From: Raja brachyura
Taxonomy: Eukaryota
Direction: 5' to 3'
DNA length: 64,000 nt
Assembly (NCBI GenBank): GCA_963514005.1
Contig: OY740789.1
Span: 34,472,001-34,536,000, forward strand
Position 1 is the stretch's first letter. Each line of letters starts with the position of its first letter. This document shows positions 27,018-37,825 of this stretch, piece after piece. The notes beneath the pieces are model-generated. The model was not told the origin of the DNA, did not search any database, and was given only the letters and a program-made list of their open reading frames with translations. The position numbers and the translations under genes were made by a program.

Positions 27018-28713
27018 CACAACAGGCTGTAGATTTCCCGCATAAAGGGAACCGGAAGTCAGGCACAGCTCATGATTTACAGTAAAATAAAATTGAAAGA
27101 CACTCTTAAACACCCAGACATACATACAGATAGCTTCATAAATATATATCGGGGTACTTGTGGCGGGGAAGGGTCAGGGAAGAGATAAGACGGGCGAGAC
27201 TCAGAGAAAATCTCACCTGGCCACGCCGTTCGTTGAAAGGCTAGCCATCCATTCAATCACACAGCCACCGACACCGGTATGTGCAGATGCGGGTGGCGAG
27301 AGGCGGGGAGTGTGTAGATTAGGAAATATTTTACAATTGCTGGCTACCATTCCCAATTTCTGCGTTTGTTGAGCTTGCGCCATTTCGTTCACAAAATAAA
27401 TCAGAAACGTGAAAGCGGGAGAGGTCAGGAGATGAGAGACATGATGTATGGGTCGGTCTGTTGCTACGGAAGTACATTCTCTGATTTATTATCGTTCATA
27501 TCGTCAACAAATACAAACCTACTAATTGGCAGCGTAAACGGAGCGTGAACTTCGTCTGTGTGGCCCGGAGAGGCAATCGCTGCTGGTCATATCAAGGTGG
27601 TCTGAAATTGTAATTGTATTACCGAATACGAATGTCTTGGCAATTAGTTGTAAGAAACTTTTCACCAATTGACTATACTTTCCTAATTCCCACCATTGCG
27701 CGTGTGATCTTAAACGTGAAATACAATTGAGATTGAAACGATTCCAACTCCACCACAATTCAGGTGATTCAGAATAAGGCGATGCAAATGTTTATTAACT
27801 GTGTATATTTGAAGGAATATTTAAAGTTCCAGCCATTTGTTCTTAATTTCTAGTGTGTTGCGGAGGCTAACTCCGAGGCAGATCAAAAAGGGACATTTTG
27901 ACTGAAATACGTTATAGATTATACATCTAGACTTATAAAACAGGCCGAGAAATGTTCTTCTATTAATTAAAATTACAACCAGTTTGATTTGCTTTGAGTC
28001 CTCGTGGTACTTGTATTACATAAAGACCATGGGCTCGATCGTATCCGGGTTTTAAGACCGAATGTTGGAAACCAAATTGAATAACGAGATCGGTGTGCAA
28101 TAATATGTTTTCACTACGCCAAAGGTGTTCTATATGTTCCAAAGTTTTGATGAGATATTGCAATGTGGTTATTTCAAGCAGTTACTAGCGTCGCAATGCA
28201 AACTGACGTTTATACCCTAAAATGAATATCTTGTGGAAGGAGGAATTAATTGTAATGGCCGTACACATTTTGAACGCATCTGTAATCTTGCTAATCCTTT
28301 CTCCATGTTGGTAATGATTGCACCAAAGGACGCGCTCTTTGACGTGAAGACTGACGTTTGGTTTGATGCACACTTATTAAAATAGTGTAGAGTGTGTGCT
28401 GCCTGGATGTGATTTTGATGTATTGATAGGAGATACATTGTAATTCTGTTTGAAGGAGATCCTGTTTGAACGAGATTTTGCGTCATGTTACATTGTTTGC
28501 ATTCAGACACTTGATATGTGCTGTCATCTTAATGTAAGTCAAGATTGAAGTTAAGTCTCTGCATTATTACTTGTTAGGAAGTATAGCACACGGGGGTCAT
28601 ATTAAAGCCTCCTTAATCGGCAACTAAATCAGGAGAGTAACAAAATAGTGGGTGGGATCTGCTTGTAGAATGGATATGGGGAGTTATCAACCAGTTTAGC
28701 AGCAAAAGTGATA

Positions 28714-28719
28714 TTTATT
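28714..28719 (-). other. Candidate distal poly(A) signal of Otx2
   Basis: AATAAA on the minus strand at the end of a U-rich, 3'UTR-like stretch. Confidence 0.4.
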
Positions 28720-29587
28720 ATGAAGAAATGATCGAAATTTCACAAGACTTTTTTATCTATCATAAAATAAACACTGTACATAACCGAATATTTATATGAA
28801 TTAGTTGGACAATAAATATTTGAAATGGACAAAAAAAATCACTTGTAAAAAGCACAATTTATGAATTATTTTGCCTCACCTACATTTACATTGAAAACAC
28901 TTACAATACCCACTAAAGAAAGAAAGTATGTTGCAGAGACTAGTTTCCAGGTCTAACCCCAGTCCTTTTTTTTACATAATAAGAAATACTAACTACAAAA
29001 GTATCCTGTACATAACAAATTTGATAAAATTTGAGAACTTTCAGGGAAAATAAACAAGTAAAGCGCCTAGCGTGTTTAGCTTCAGAATTTGCTGTCGGAG
29101 TATGTATAATATATATAAATATATCTACACATATTCTAATTCAGGCATCATCTGCGCATCATTTTCTACAATAATTTGTTTGCCTCTCGTTGTAAAACTT
29201 ATAAATAGAGGGCGTGTATCTGTGCCTCTAAAATGGAAAAACAGGATACCTGGTGCAGTGCAAATTTTCACCACTCCAATGCAACAGACCGGCTGCCAGG
29301 TATAAAGCATATTATTATCCTTATGTTTGATGATGGGAATATGAAGGCAGGAGTATAATGTGTGTGTGTGGTGGGGGGGGGGGGGGGGGGGGGGGGGTGC
29401 AGAGGGGAAAAAGGACAGATCACCTGAACATACATTATTTGGTAAACTTGATGGACCCTAATGGCAGACTTGAAGTCGGCGCACTTTTTTGTACGCACTC
29501 ATTATTGCAAGTGCCAGCAAGCGGCGTGGTTTCTATAGTTTGTTTATCGGATATTTTTTAAGATTGAACCGTGGAAGACAAATCAAA

Positions 29588-30353
29588 AATTGTGCTTGAA
29601 TGACTTTAATGTAGCCACACGGATCTGTCGACTCCAGTATGGTTAACGTTTATGCATATATAACATTATTAACATCTGCAAACAAATTAGAGCTAATTTC
29701 TGAATACTTGATCCTCCATGGGACCAATACAACTGATCACATTTTAAAGATATTGGCATCAGTGTGATAGAACCATAGCGTCCATGTGAAGTCTGTAGTC
29801 AGGATGAAGCAGTCACAGTTCAATTTATGTTTGAAGGCGCTCGTTTCAAACGATGGCGGGTATTTTGTTTTGTTTTTTCCAGCAGATTTTGGCTCCATTT
29901 GAATTCAGCAGAACCTCCACCACCCCCCACCACACACCAGCCAGTCTCTCTTGTCCAACAGCATCAAGCGGTTCACATACTTGCATACAGTACAGCAAAT
30001 CATACTTGTTTTTGAGTCTAACACAAATAAAAACACAGATGTACCACTGATATAAGACGCACACTGATTGTCTCTGAGGACTACATATGGAGACCCTTAT
30101 AAACATTTTTAAATAAAGTAGTGCATCTGTGACAACCAATCGCACAATTCACACAGCCCTGATGGTCCTTTATGTTTTAAATGCCAACCTTTAAAAAAAA
30201 ATGGCTAACATTGGAATAATCACAAATATTGTCCTGTCCATTCCAAAGTGTTCAACCTCCAGACTTGGCCACAAGCATGGGAATAATGTCGTTTCGTGCT
30301 CGAAGATCTGACATTGGAATGATTTGTCCAGGTTCAAACAGAGTCCCAGCACT
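29588..30353 (-). other. otx2: Otx2 3' UTR with candidate ATTAAA poly(A) signal (29605-29610)
   Basis: Follows the TGA stop; ATTAAA is followed about 15-20 nt later by U/GU-rich sequence; blocks at about 30034-30161 and 29648-29680 resemble the mammalian OTX2 3'UTR as recalled. Confidence 0.6.
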
Positions 30354-30977
30354 TCACAAAACTTGGAACTTCCACGAGGACGTTTGATCTTTGTAATCCA
30401 AGCAGTCGGCGTTGAAGTTGAGTTTCCATGAAGCTGTCTGGTCTTTATAATCCAAGCAATCGGTGGAATTAAAACCTAATCCGCCGGCCGGGTAGCCTTG
30501 GGCGGAGAGGGAGGCCGGAGACTGGTTAAGGTGGCCAGCGGTGACTGCGTTTGTGCCCATGGGACTGAGCCCCGTGCCTGGGGCGGGGAGTTGGTGATGC
30601 ATCGGGGACAGGTAAGAGCCGCAGTCCATTCCCCCAAAGTAGGACGTGGATCCGGCATATCCCTGCGTGTAACCCGAGGCTTGGGTGTAGGTCATGGGGT
30701 AGGAACGCTGCATGCAAGACGAGGACGTGGAGAGGCAGTCGGGGGCGATGGGTGATATGGAAGCGGGGCTCCAGATTGACACCGGGGCTGTGCTGCTCGA
30801 GATGGCCGTCGCCGAGGTGCTGGAGGGCGGCGTGAATTGGCCGCCGGCCACGCTTTCAGAACCCAGCTCCCGGGCAGGAGAACTCTTCTTCTTCGCGGGT
30901 CTAACTTTATGCTGCCCTCCGTTCTGCTGTTGTTGCTGCTGCTGGCGACACTTTGCTCGGCGGTTTTTGAACCACAC
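30354..30977 (-). CDS. otx2: Otx2 coding exon 3 (end of homeodomain, poly-Q, WSP motif, tandem OTX tails)
   Basis: Acceptor ttttttaag|GTG; [18 protein letters not shown] (K50), [45 protein letters not shown]. Lacks the Otx1-type His runs. Confidence 0.98.
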   Translation of the reverse strand: MWFKNRRAKCRQQQQQQQNGGQHKVRPAKKKSSPARELGSESVAGGQFTPPSSTSATAISSSTAPVSIWSPASISPIAPDCLSTSSSCMQRSYPMTYTQASGYTQGYAGSTSYFGGMDCGSYLSPMHHQLPAPGTGLSPMGTNAVTAGHLNQSPASLSAQGYPAGGLGFNSTDCLDYKDQTASWKLNFNADCLDYKDQTSSWKFQVL

Positions 30978-31328
30978 CTTAAAAAACAAAAACAAAAAAA
31001 AGTTCAACCGTAACACAAAAAAGTATTTACTGAATCAATGCAATTAATTAATATGAGATAGAATTACTGCAAATACAAATATCTTTGTTTGTCCCTTCGC
31101 TGAGTTCCCGGCGTTAGGATAACTAGTTCCCATTTTAATCGATAAACAATATTTCTTATAAATATTAATGACTATAATCTTCAGGACGAAAATCGAATGA
31201 GTTTTTGGATCTTTTACATCAGTTCCTATTTTGTACGTAAAGGAGGGACATCATCCTGCATAATTTTACCTTGAATAATTACATGTACAGGATGAAATCT
31301 TGTAACACACGCCATAACGTTATCTCGG

Positions 31329-31432
31329 AAAAGGCACAAAATGCTGGAGTAACTCAGCGGGTCTGACAAGCCGTGTTAGTCCAACACTTTGTGTTTTTTT
31401 TTGGTAAACCTGTAACTGCAGTTCCTTGTGTC
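31329..31432. mobile_element. Internally deleted Penelope-derived palindrome in Otx2 intron
   Basis: cacaaaatgctggagtaactcagcgggtc...tccaacactttgtg...ctgcagttccttgtg; central core absent. Confidence 0.7.
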
Positions 31433-31632
31433 TATAAACCTATCTAACCGAGTTTACGACCGTTCGTTAATAATCCCTTTTAGAAAATCGCCGACCTATC
31501 ACTAGTTCCCCGCACAGCGACTGACCCCCTGGTTCAATCCGATCCCATTTTAAAGAATTCCCTCCTCAGTGAAGCCGAATTGGCGTCGGAACAGGAGCGC
31601 CGGGCGAGCTCCCGGGGAAGGAGAGTGTGTCA

Positions 31633-31893
<261 letters not shown>

Positions 31894-32110
31894 TCACTCT
31901 CCAGGCAAAAACGATTTAGGCTTCATTCCTTTCTCACGACCAACCCATTCTCGCTTTAATGTTTGCCGCAGAGAGAAAAAATCGGCTAGTTAGAAGTTTA
32001 ATCAAGAGAGAGAAATGTCGCCCAAATGTTTTACGCTCATGGGGAAACACATGTTTCATAGGGAATGGGCCATGAGAATGTGTCTGCTGCCCTTCAATAA
32101 ATCTAATTTA

Positions 32111-32475
<365 letters not shown>

Positions 32476-32656
32476 AGGAAGGATCCAGAGGAGCTGTTGT
32501 ATCTCCGATCACTCAAAGTATCTGATCCCTCTATAGATCCCAGCCTGTCCCTTTAAAGCATCCGGGGACCCCCAGCTGCCTCTTGAACCAAGGGATGCTG
32601 AACGGATAAATATGTCCCCCAAAACGTGCTACACCCATTCTTCCAACACGCCCTTC

Positions 32657-32658
<2 letters not shown>

Positions 32659-32722
<64 letters not shown>
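32659..32722 (+). repeat. (CA)~32 microsatellite
   Basis: Read directly from the sequence. Confidence 0.98.
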
Positions 32723-32723
<1 letters not shown>

Positions 32724-32739
32724 CAAAACAAAACAAATA

Positions 32740-32870
32740 ATTCAGATGCGCACACCACATTGTTAGCATTGCAATTTGCATAGATCCCATTCGTTAGCAT
32801 CAAGCTGTTATCACGCTAATTGGTTCAAACAAAAAACTTGATTGGGACCATTTGCAAAGACAGTGGCAGG
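32740..32870 (-). promoter_or_regulatory. Candidate proximal promoter/enhancer of Otx2
   Basis: Perfect octamer ATGCAAAT (32774-32781), TGATAA (32808-32813) and two CCAAT boxes (32819-32823, 32841-32845), about 0.45-0.55 kb upstream of the ATG. Confidence 0.55.
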
Positions 32871-33877
32871 CCCAGAGAGAGGGAGAGAAATCGGCGAAGT
32901 GCTGGCAACAACAGAAACAGAGAGAGAAAAAAAAACAATACGTAAGAAGATAGGTAATTTGCAACCTGAATGAAGTTTGTAGTTTTATATTGCATGTTTG
33001 ACAAACGAGAGGTTAGATTGTTTCTAGATTGTTCGAATACACCTTTGAGCAGGAAGATAATGTTTTCTGCGACGCTTTCATCTAATCGAGTGCCTACATT
33101 TTTCGGATAGAGAATGTATCTCTACGCCTTTGAAACTACGCTCTCTAGAACCAATAAGGGGAAGCAAACAATTAATTGATTCTTATATCAGGAAAAAAAA
33201 CTTTGGGAAGGCAAATAATTTGCGCCTAATTGTATTGCAGGTGAATGTAAAACCCAACATTATTTAATGAAAAGCTTAGTGTGCAGATTGCACAAACAAG
33301 AGGCAGGATCCCTTGTTGATTATACAACTTTGCCCATTGTTTGGCCGCGGAAGTCACATATTGTCACCTGATTACATGGCCCAAGGAATGGCAGATAAAC
33401 CCCCGCGAAGCGACAATATTGAAGATATTTTGTACTGACTTTGAAACAAAGCGGCGTGCGTTAGTGGCGATCTATATCCCACTTTACAGAGCGCTGTTTA
33501 ACAGGGGCGCGCACACCTTCAACATGGCGGCGTTGCAATGACAAACTTTGACCAGCGCTAGATAGTCTATTTATTTTTAAAGACCAGTATTTTTTAAAAA
33601 GGGTTAAAATAAATCACAAGACCGTCCCGTCGTTAAAAGCTATGATGCGCCGTAATCCGAACGGACACTAGTTTACCGAACGTCAAATTTAACAAATCAT
33701 TTTTATCGCAGTCCAACCCGCTGTGCTGAGCAATGACTGCACACGTTGAACAATCCACTGACTTGCACCATCAAACAACCAATAAACGCGCAAAAAGTCG
33801 CTTCTCCAATTGCAAGTGTAAGTTCTTACCTAAAATAAAACTTCACCCGAACAGTGAATGGGCTCCAATTGACTCAC

Positions 33878-33961
33878 CTCCCTTCCCCGGCCGAGCGCCT
33901 CTTCTCTACCTGCAGGGAAATCGCGTCTCTTGGCTGCTCACTGGTGAGGCCAGTTATATAG
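33878..33961 (-). promoter_or_regulatory. otx2: Candidate intermediate promoter and short non-coding first exon
   Basis: CTATATAA (33961-33954) followed about 75 nt later by a consensus donor GAG|GTGAGT (exon end 33878), in a CpG-rich patch. Confidence 0.55.
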
Positions 33962-36487
33962 AGCTGCCCGAATCTGTCGGCTTTCCAGCACAATCTGTCA
34001 CTTTTTGCAAGAATCCCATCCACCAGTTGCTCGGTCCTTCGGTCGACCATAATTACCCGCCGTGCATGCGGCCGAGAATTAATTATAATAAATGTTTTCT
34101 TGATAAATTAACGAGATTATCCGGGTGGCACACGTTCCTTAATTACAGGGACGCTGCAAAAAAAAAAACCTGGGATGGCGGAGAACGCGTTCTCTCCCCC
34201 CATCCCTGCCGCATTTGTTCTGATTAATTTTATGCTTGATGGAAATGAAACAAAGCTATAGAGTCGAATTATATTTATTAAAAAGAAACACCATTAACCT
34301 CGGCCCTTGCAACTTTTAGACTCGTGGGACTTCTTTGAACAACGACACACACTTCAGCATTTGGCTTTATTTGTAACATGTAAAGGTCGCTGTCCAACGA
34401 TTAAAAATGAGTGTATTAAAAAATTGGCTAGTAGGTTCCTTATCACAACGCTCATCTAATGAACATCCTCACCACCGCCTGTTTGTTACGAAGCGGAATG
34501 ATGAATATTCGAGATGTTGTTTTCGATGGCAGTTGTTTTTTAAAAATCGTCTTTAAAGCGAGCTGCACGCGTGAGCTGTCTTTGCCTCCACGTGTCTAGG
34601 AGTCTTTGAGATTTTGTTTCAAGACTTTGCAGTTCGTTCGCATTTGAGTTTATACACTCAGGGGCGAGCTGCTGAGGTGGAAAGTGCCTCGCAAATCTCA
34701 GCATTCACACACACGGGATAACCCTGCCTCGTTCGGGTCCCGTTTTTGTTTAATTTATACTAAAAGGCCTGTACTAATTTTACAAACTTCCGGCAGACTT
34801 GCTCATTGTTTTCGGTATTTTTTTTTAGAAGACTAGGTTTAAATACAAACTTTAAGTCGTTCGTTATTTGTGATATAAACAATTCAACTATTTAAACCTC
34901 AACACGAACTACCTGGACAAAAAGCGACTGAAAATTGCGTAAAACATCATAACACAAAATCAATCCCAAATGAGATTAAGGCCAAGGAGTGCGAATGTTC
35001 AATTAAAAATATTGTTTTTAAATTCAGTTTCTTAAATGTTGTCCAAACTAAAATACGAACACACTAGAGACCACACAGTTACCAGTAAACGTTGAAACTT
35101 TAAACGCTAATGCTTCTTTTTTCAGGATTTCAAAATCTTCATTTTAGTTCAAGAAAACATGCCATTCTAATTGAAAACTAGTTCCTTCAAATGGGAAAAC
35201 GTTAATTCAAAAAGTATTTTGTTGTAAACAAGCATGTGGTCAGTAAATGAAAAAGTAAAGTGAATTCAACTTTTTTTCTGTAACTTTCAAGTGCCTACAC
35301 GACTAGGACGAATGAATAAGTAATTGTGTTTTGCAGATGTAGTTAACTTTTTATTGTTTGGCTTGAAATGTTGCTAGGAAGTTTAATCTTAAGGCTCTGT
35401 TCCCACAACCCCCCCCCCCCCCCCCCCCCCCAAATCGTAAATTTGAACACATTTTGTATGAACATATTCTGACTTATAAAATAAATTGAAACGCAGAATG
35501 TTTGATCTAGGTTTTGGTGCCAAAGACTCTTCTCTGCGGACTGCTGAGCGGTCCACCTACTGGAAATGCTCTTGGTCAATAACTTGGAAATGATCGATTT
35601 CATTCCAGTTTATTTGAGCTGATAAATCTTTGACAATAAACATCTGCAACCAGCGCTTCCCAGATGAGGATGTGATTTGCAAGGACCGATCGGCGATGTT
35701 GAAGGGGGTGGGGTGAGGGACCGAGAGCGATCCACGCCTCCTCAATTATCCCTGTGTTTGAACATACATTGGGAAGTGGGTGGAGGGGGGGGGGGGGGGG
35801 GGGGGGGTACTGGGATTTAACAGCGATCCTAACACGGGGGAAAATGAAAGAGTTTTTGGTCTTAACCACTCAGGAATGGAGAAACCAATAATTGCAACAT
35901 ATTTATCCGAAAACCTACAGGCAACTCGAGAAACAGCGAAACCCATTTCCCCAACTTGAATTTAAGCAGAGAATTGTGTCTACCGTCCCCCACCCCACCA
36001 GCACATCTTCCCACACACATACTCACACATACACACCCCCAAACTAAAAACATAAGCGAAAACAAACAGCACACAAATTCCGGGCTCATTGCAACCACTT
36101 TGGAGGAAATAAAAGGAAAAAGACATCAAGATTTGGAATCAGCGAAAAGTGTTCTCATGCACGCATATCAATATCAAACGGTTTCATTCCAGGGCGGGTA
36201 CACTCGTCGATATTTCCCCCCCTCTCGGAAAGGTATCGCGCAATATTCCGTACCAAATCTCCAGTTCGTTGAAAAAATATTATCATGGGTTCCCAATCAA
36301 AAAGGAAGCGCGATTTGCCAAATAAGTCACCTGTTTTACTGGACTCTGGTCGACGTTAAACACCCTAAAATTCAGGCGTCCACGTTCCTGACGGCCTTTG
36401 TCCCTGAAAACAAAAATAAAATAAATAGGTTAGAAGTCTTCAGATTGTGGATTCAGAAAATACCTTCGCATGAAATGGATTTAATAC

Positions 36488-36700
36488 CTGCCGAGTGAAT
36501 ATTTCTGTTTGAGGAAGGAGATGCGCCTGTTTAAAGGCGGTGTGTGTTGTTTTCAGAGTGGGAAAATGGTTGAGATTGCTCAGTTGCACCGGTCTCTCTC
36601 TCCTTTCTCTGAGACTTGCTGAGAAAGCGCCTCTCTGGTAACTTTTTGACGCAAACTCCGCAGCCAATAGCAAAGGGAGAGTGATTGACACATCTCAGCA
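36488..36700 (-). promoter_or_regulatory. otx2: Candidate distal promoter and non-coding first exon
   Basis: PBX/MEIS-like TGATTGACA (36682-36690), CCAAT (36664-36668), then GAGAGAGAGACCGG... ending at donor CAG|GTATTA (36488); about 4.2 kb from the ATG. Confidence 0.5.
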
Positions 36701-37059
36701 GAACCAGGGGGAAAATAACACCCAGCGGGAAGAGAGAAACCCTACTCCAAGAGGGAAAAAAACAGAGCGAAGTCACCCAAAGGAGGAAAATAAAAGAAAT
36801 AAAAACAAATCAAGCAATGGGAGCGACAATCCCAAGCAAAATAATAGAGACTGCACAGTGAATATACCCAGTTTACAGTGAACTGGCATTAGCCAGCCAG
36901 CCAGGATAACAGGGCCAATAATCCAGTCATTGGAAGTAGTCTAGGATTAAAATAAAAAATACTAAAACAGGACCGATTGAAGAAAAACGGGTTAGGCCAA
37001 GGAGACATGGGCAAAGAAGGACAATTTAGAACGTGTGATGGAAAGCAGAGGGGAGGGAA

Positions 37060-37094
37060 GGAATGAGAGAGAGGGGGGGAGGGGGGGGGGGGAG

Positions 37095-37138
<44 letters not shown>

Positions 37139-37161
37139 GGAGAGAGAGAGAGAGAGAGAGA
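37060..37161 (+). repeat. G-rich / (GA)n purine tract
   Basis: Read directly from the sequence. Confidence 0.95.
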
Positions 37162-37560
37162 TCGTGAAGGCATTAACCAAGAGAATAGAGGGAGCAATCA
37201 GGTTAGAGATTTTGAGCTGAACCGGCAAGGGGAAGGAATCTCGATAGAATAAACCAGAGCTGTACTGGCAGGAGTCACACAGTGAGGATGCATGAACTAG
37301 AATAATTCAGGATAGCTGGCGCAGGGGGAAAAAATCCGGCTACAAATGCCAGAGAGCCAGAGAACAACCAGTGATGAACCAAAATGCTGAAAATTCATAG
37401 ATAGACATGGGACTGTACAACGCAAGGTAAGATAACCGCATTTAAAGTTGCCGAAAGAGAGGACTTAATCTAGCGACAAAAATAGTGTTAAGCAACATGT
37501 ACCAAGGATGACAATTCAAAAGAAAAATTACATTGCAGTTAATCAGTCGGTAGTTAAAGT

Positions 37561-37825
37561 NNNNNNNNNNNNNNNNNNNNNNNNNNNNNNNNNNNNNNNN
37601 NNNNNNNNNNNNNNNNNNNNNNNNNNNNNNNNNNNNNNNNNNNNNNNNNNNNNNNNNNNNNNNNNNNNNNNNNNNNNNNNNNNNNNNNNNNNNNNNNNNN
37701 NNNNNNNNNNNNNNNNNNNNNNNNNNNNNNNNNNNNNNNNNNNNNNNNNNNNNNNNNNNNNNNNNNNNNNNNNNNNNNNNNNNNNNNNNNNNNNNNNNNN
37801 NNNNNNNNNNNNNNNNNNNNNNNNN
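37561..37825. other. Assembly gap
   Basis: Run of N. Confidence 1.

Noticed and set aside
30476-31047. Antisense and alternative-frame ORFs over Otx2 exon 3
   Set aside because: Expected by-product of GC-rich codon usage.
33733-36498. Plus-strand ORFs of 164 and 180 aa
   Set aside because: No recognisable motifs; the 180-aa ORF starts at TTG; consistent with chance in promoter DNA.
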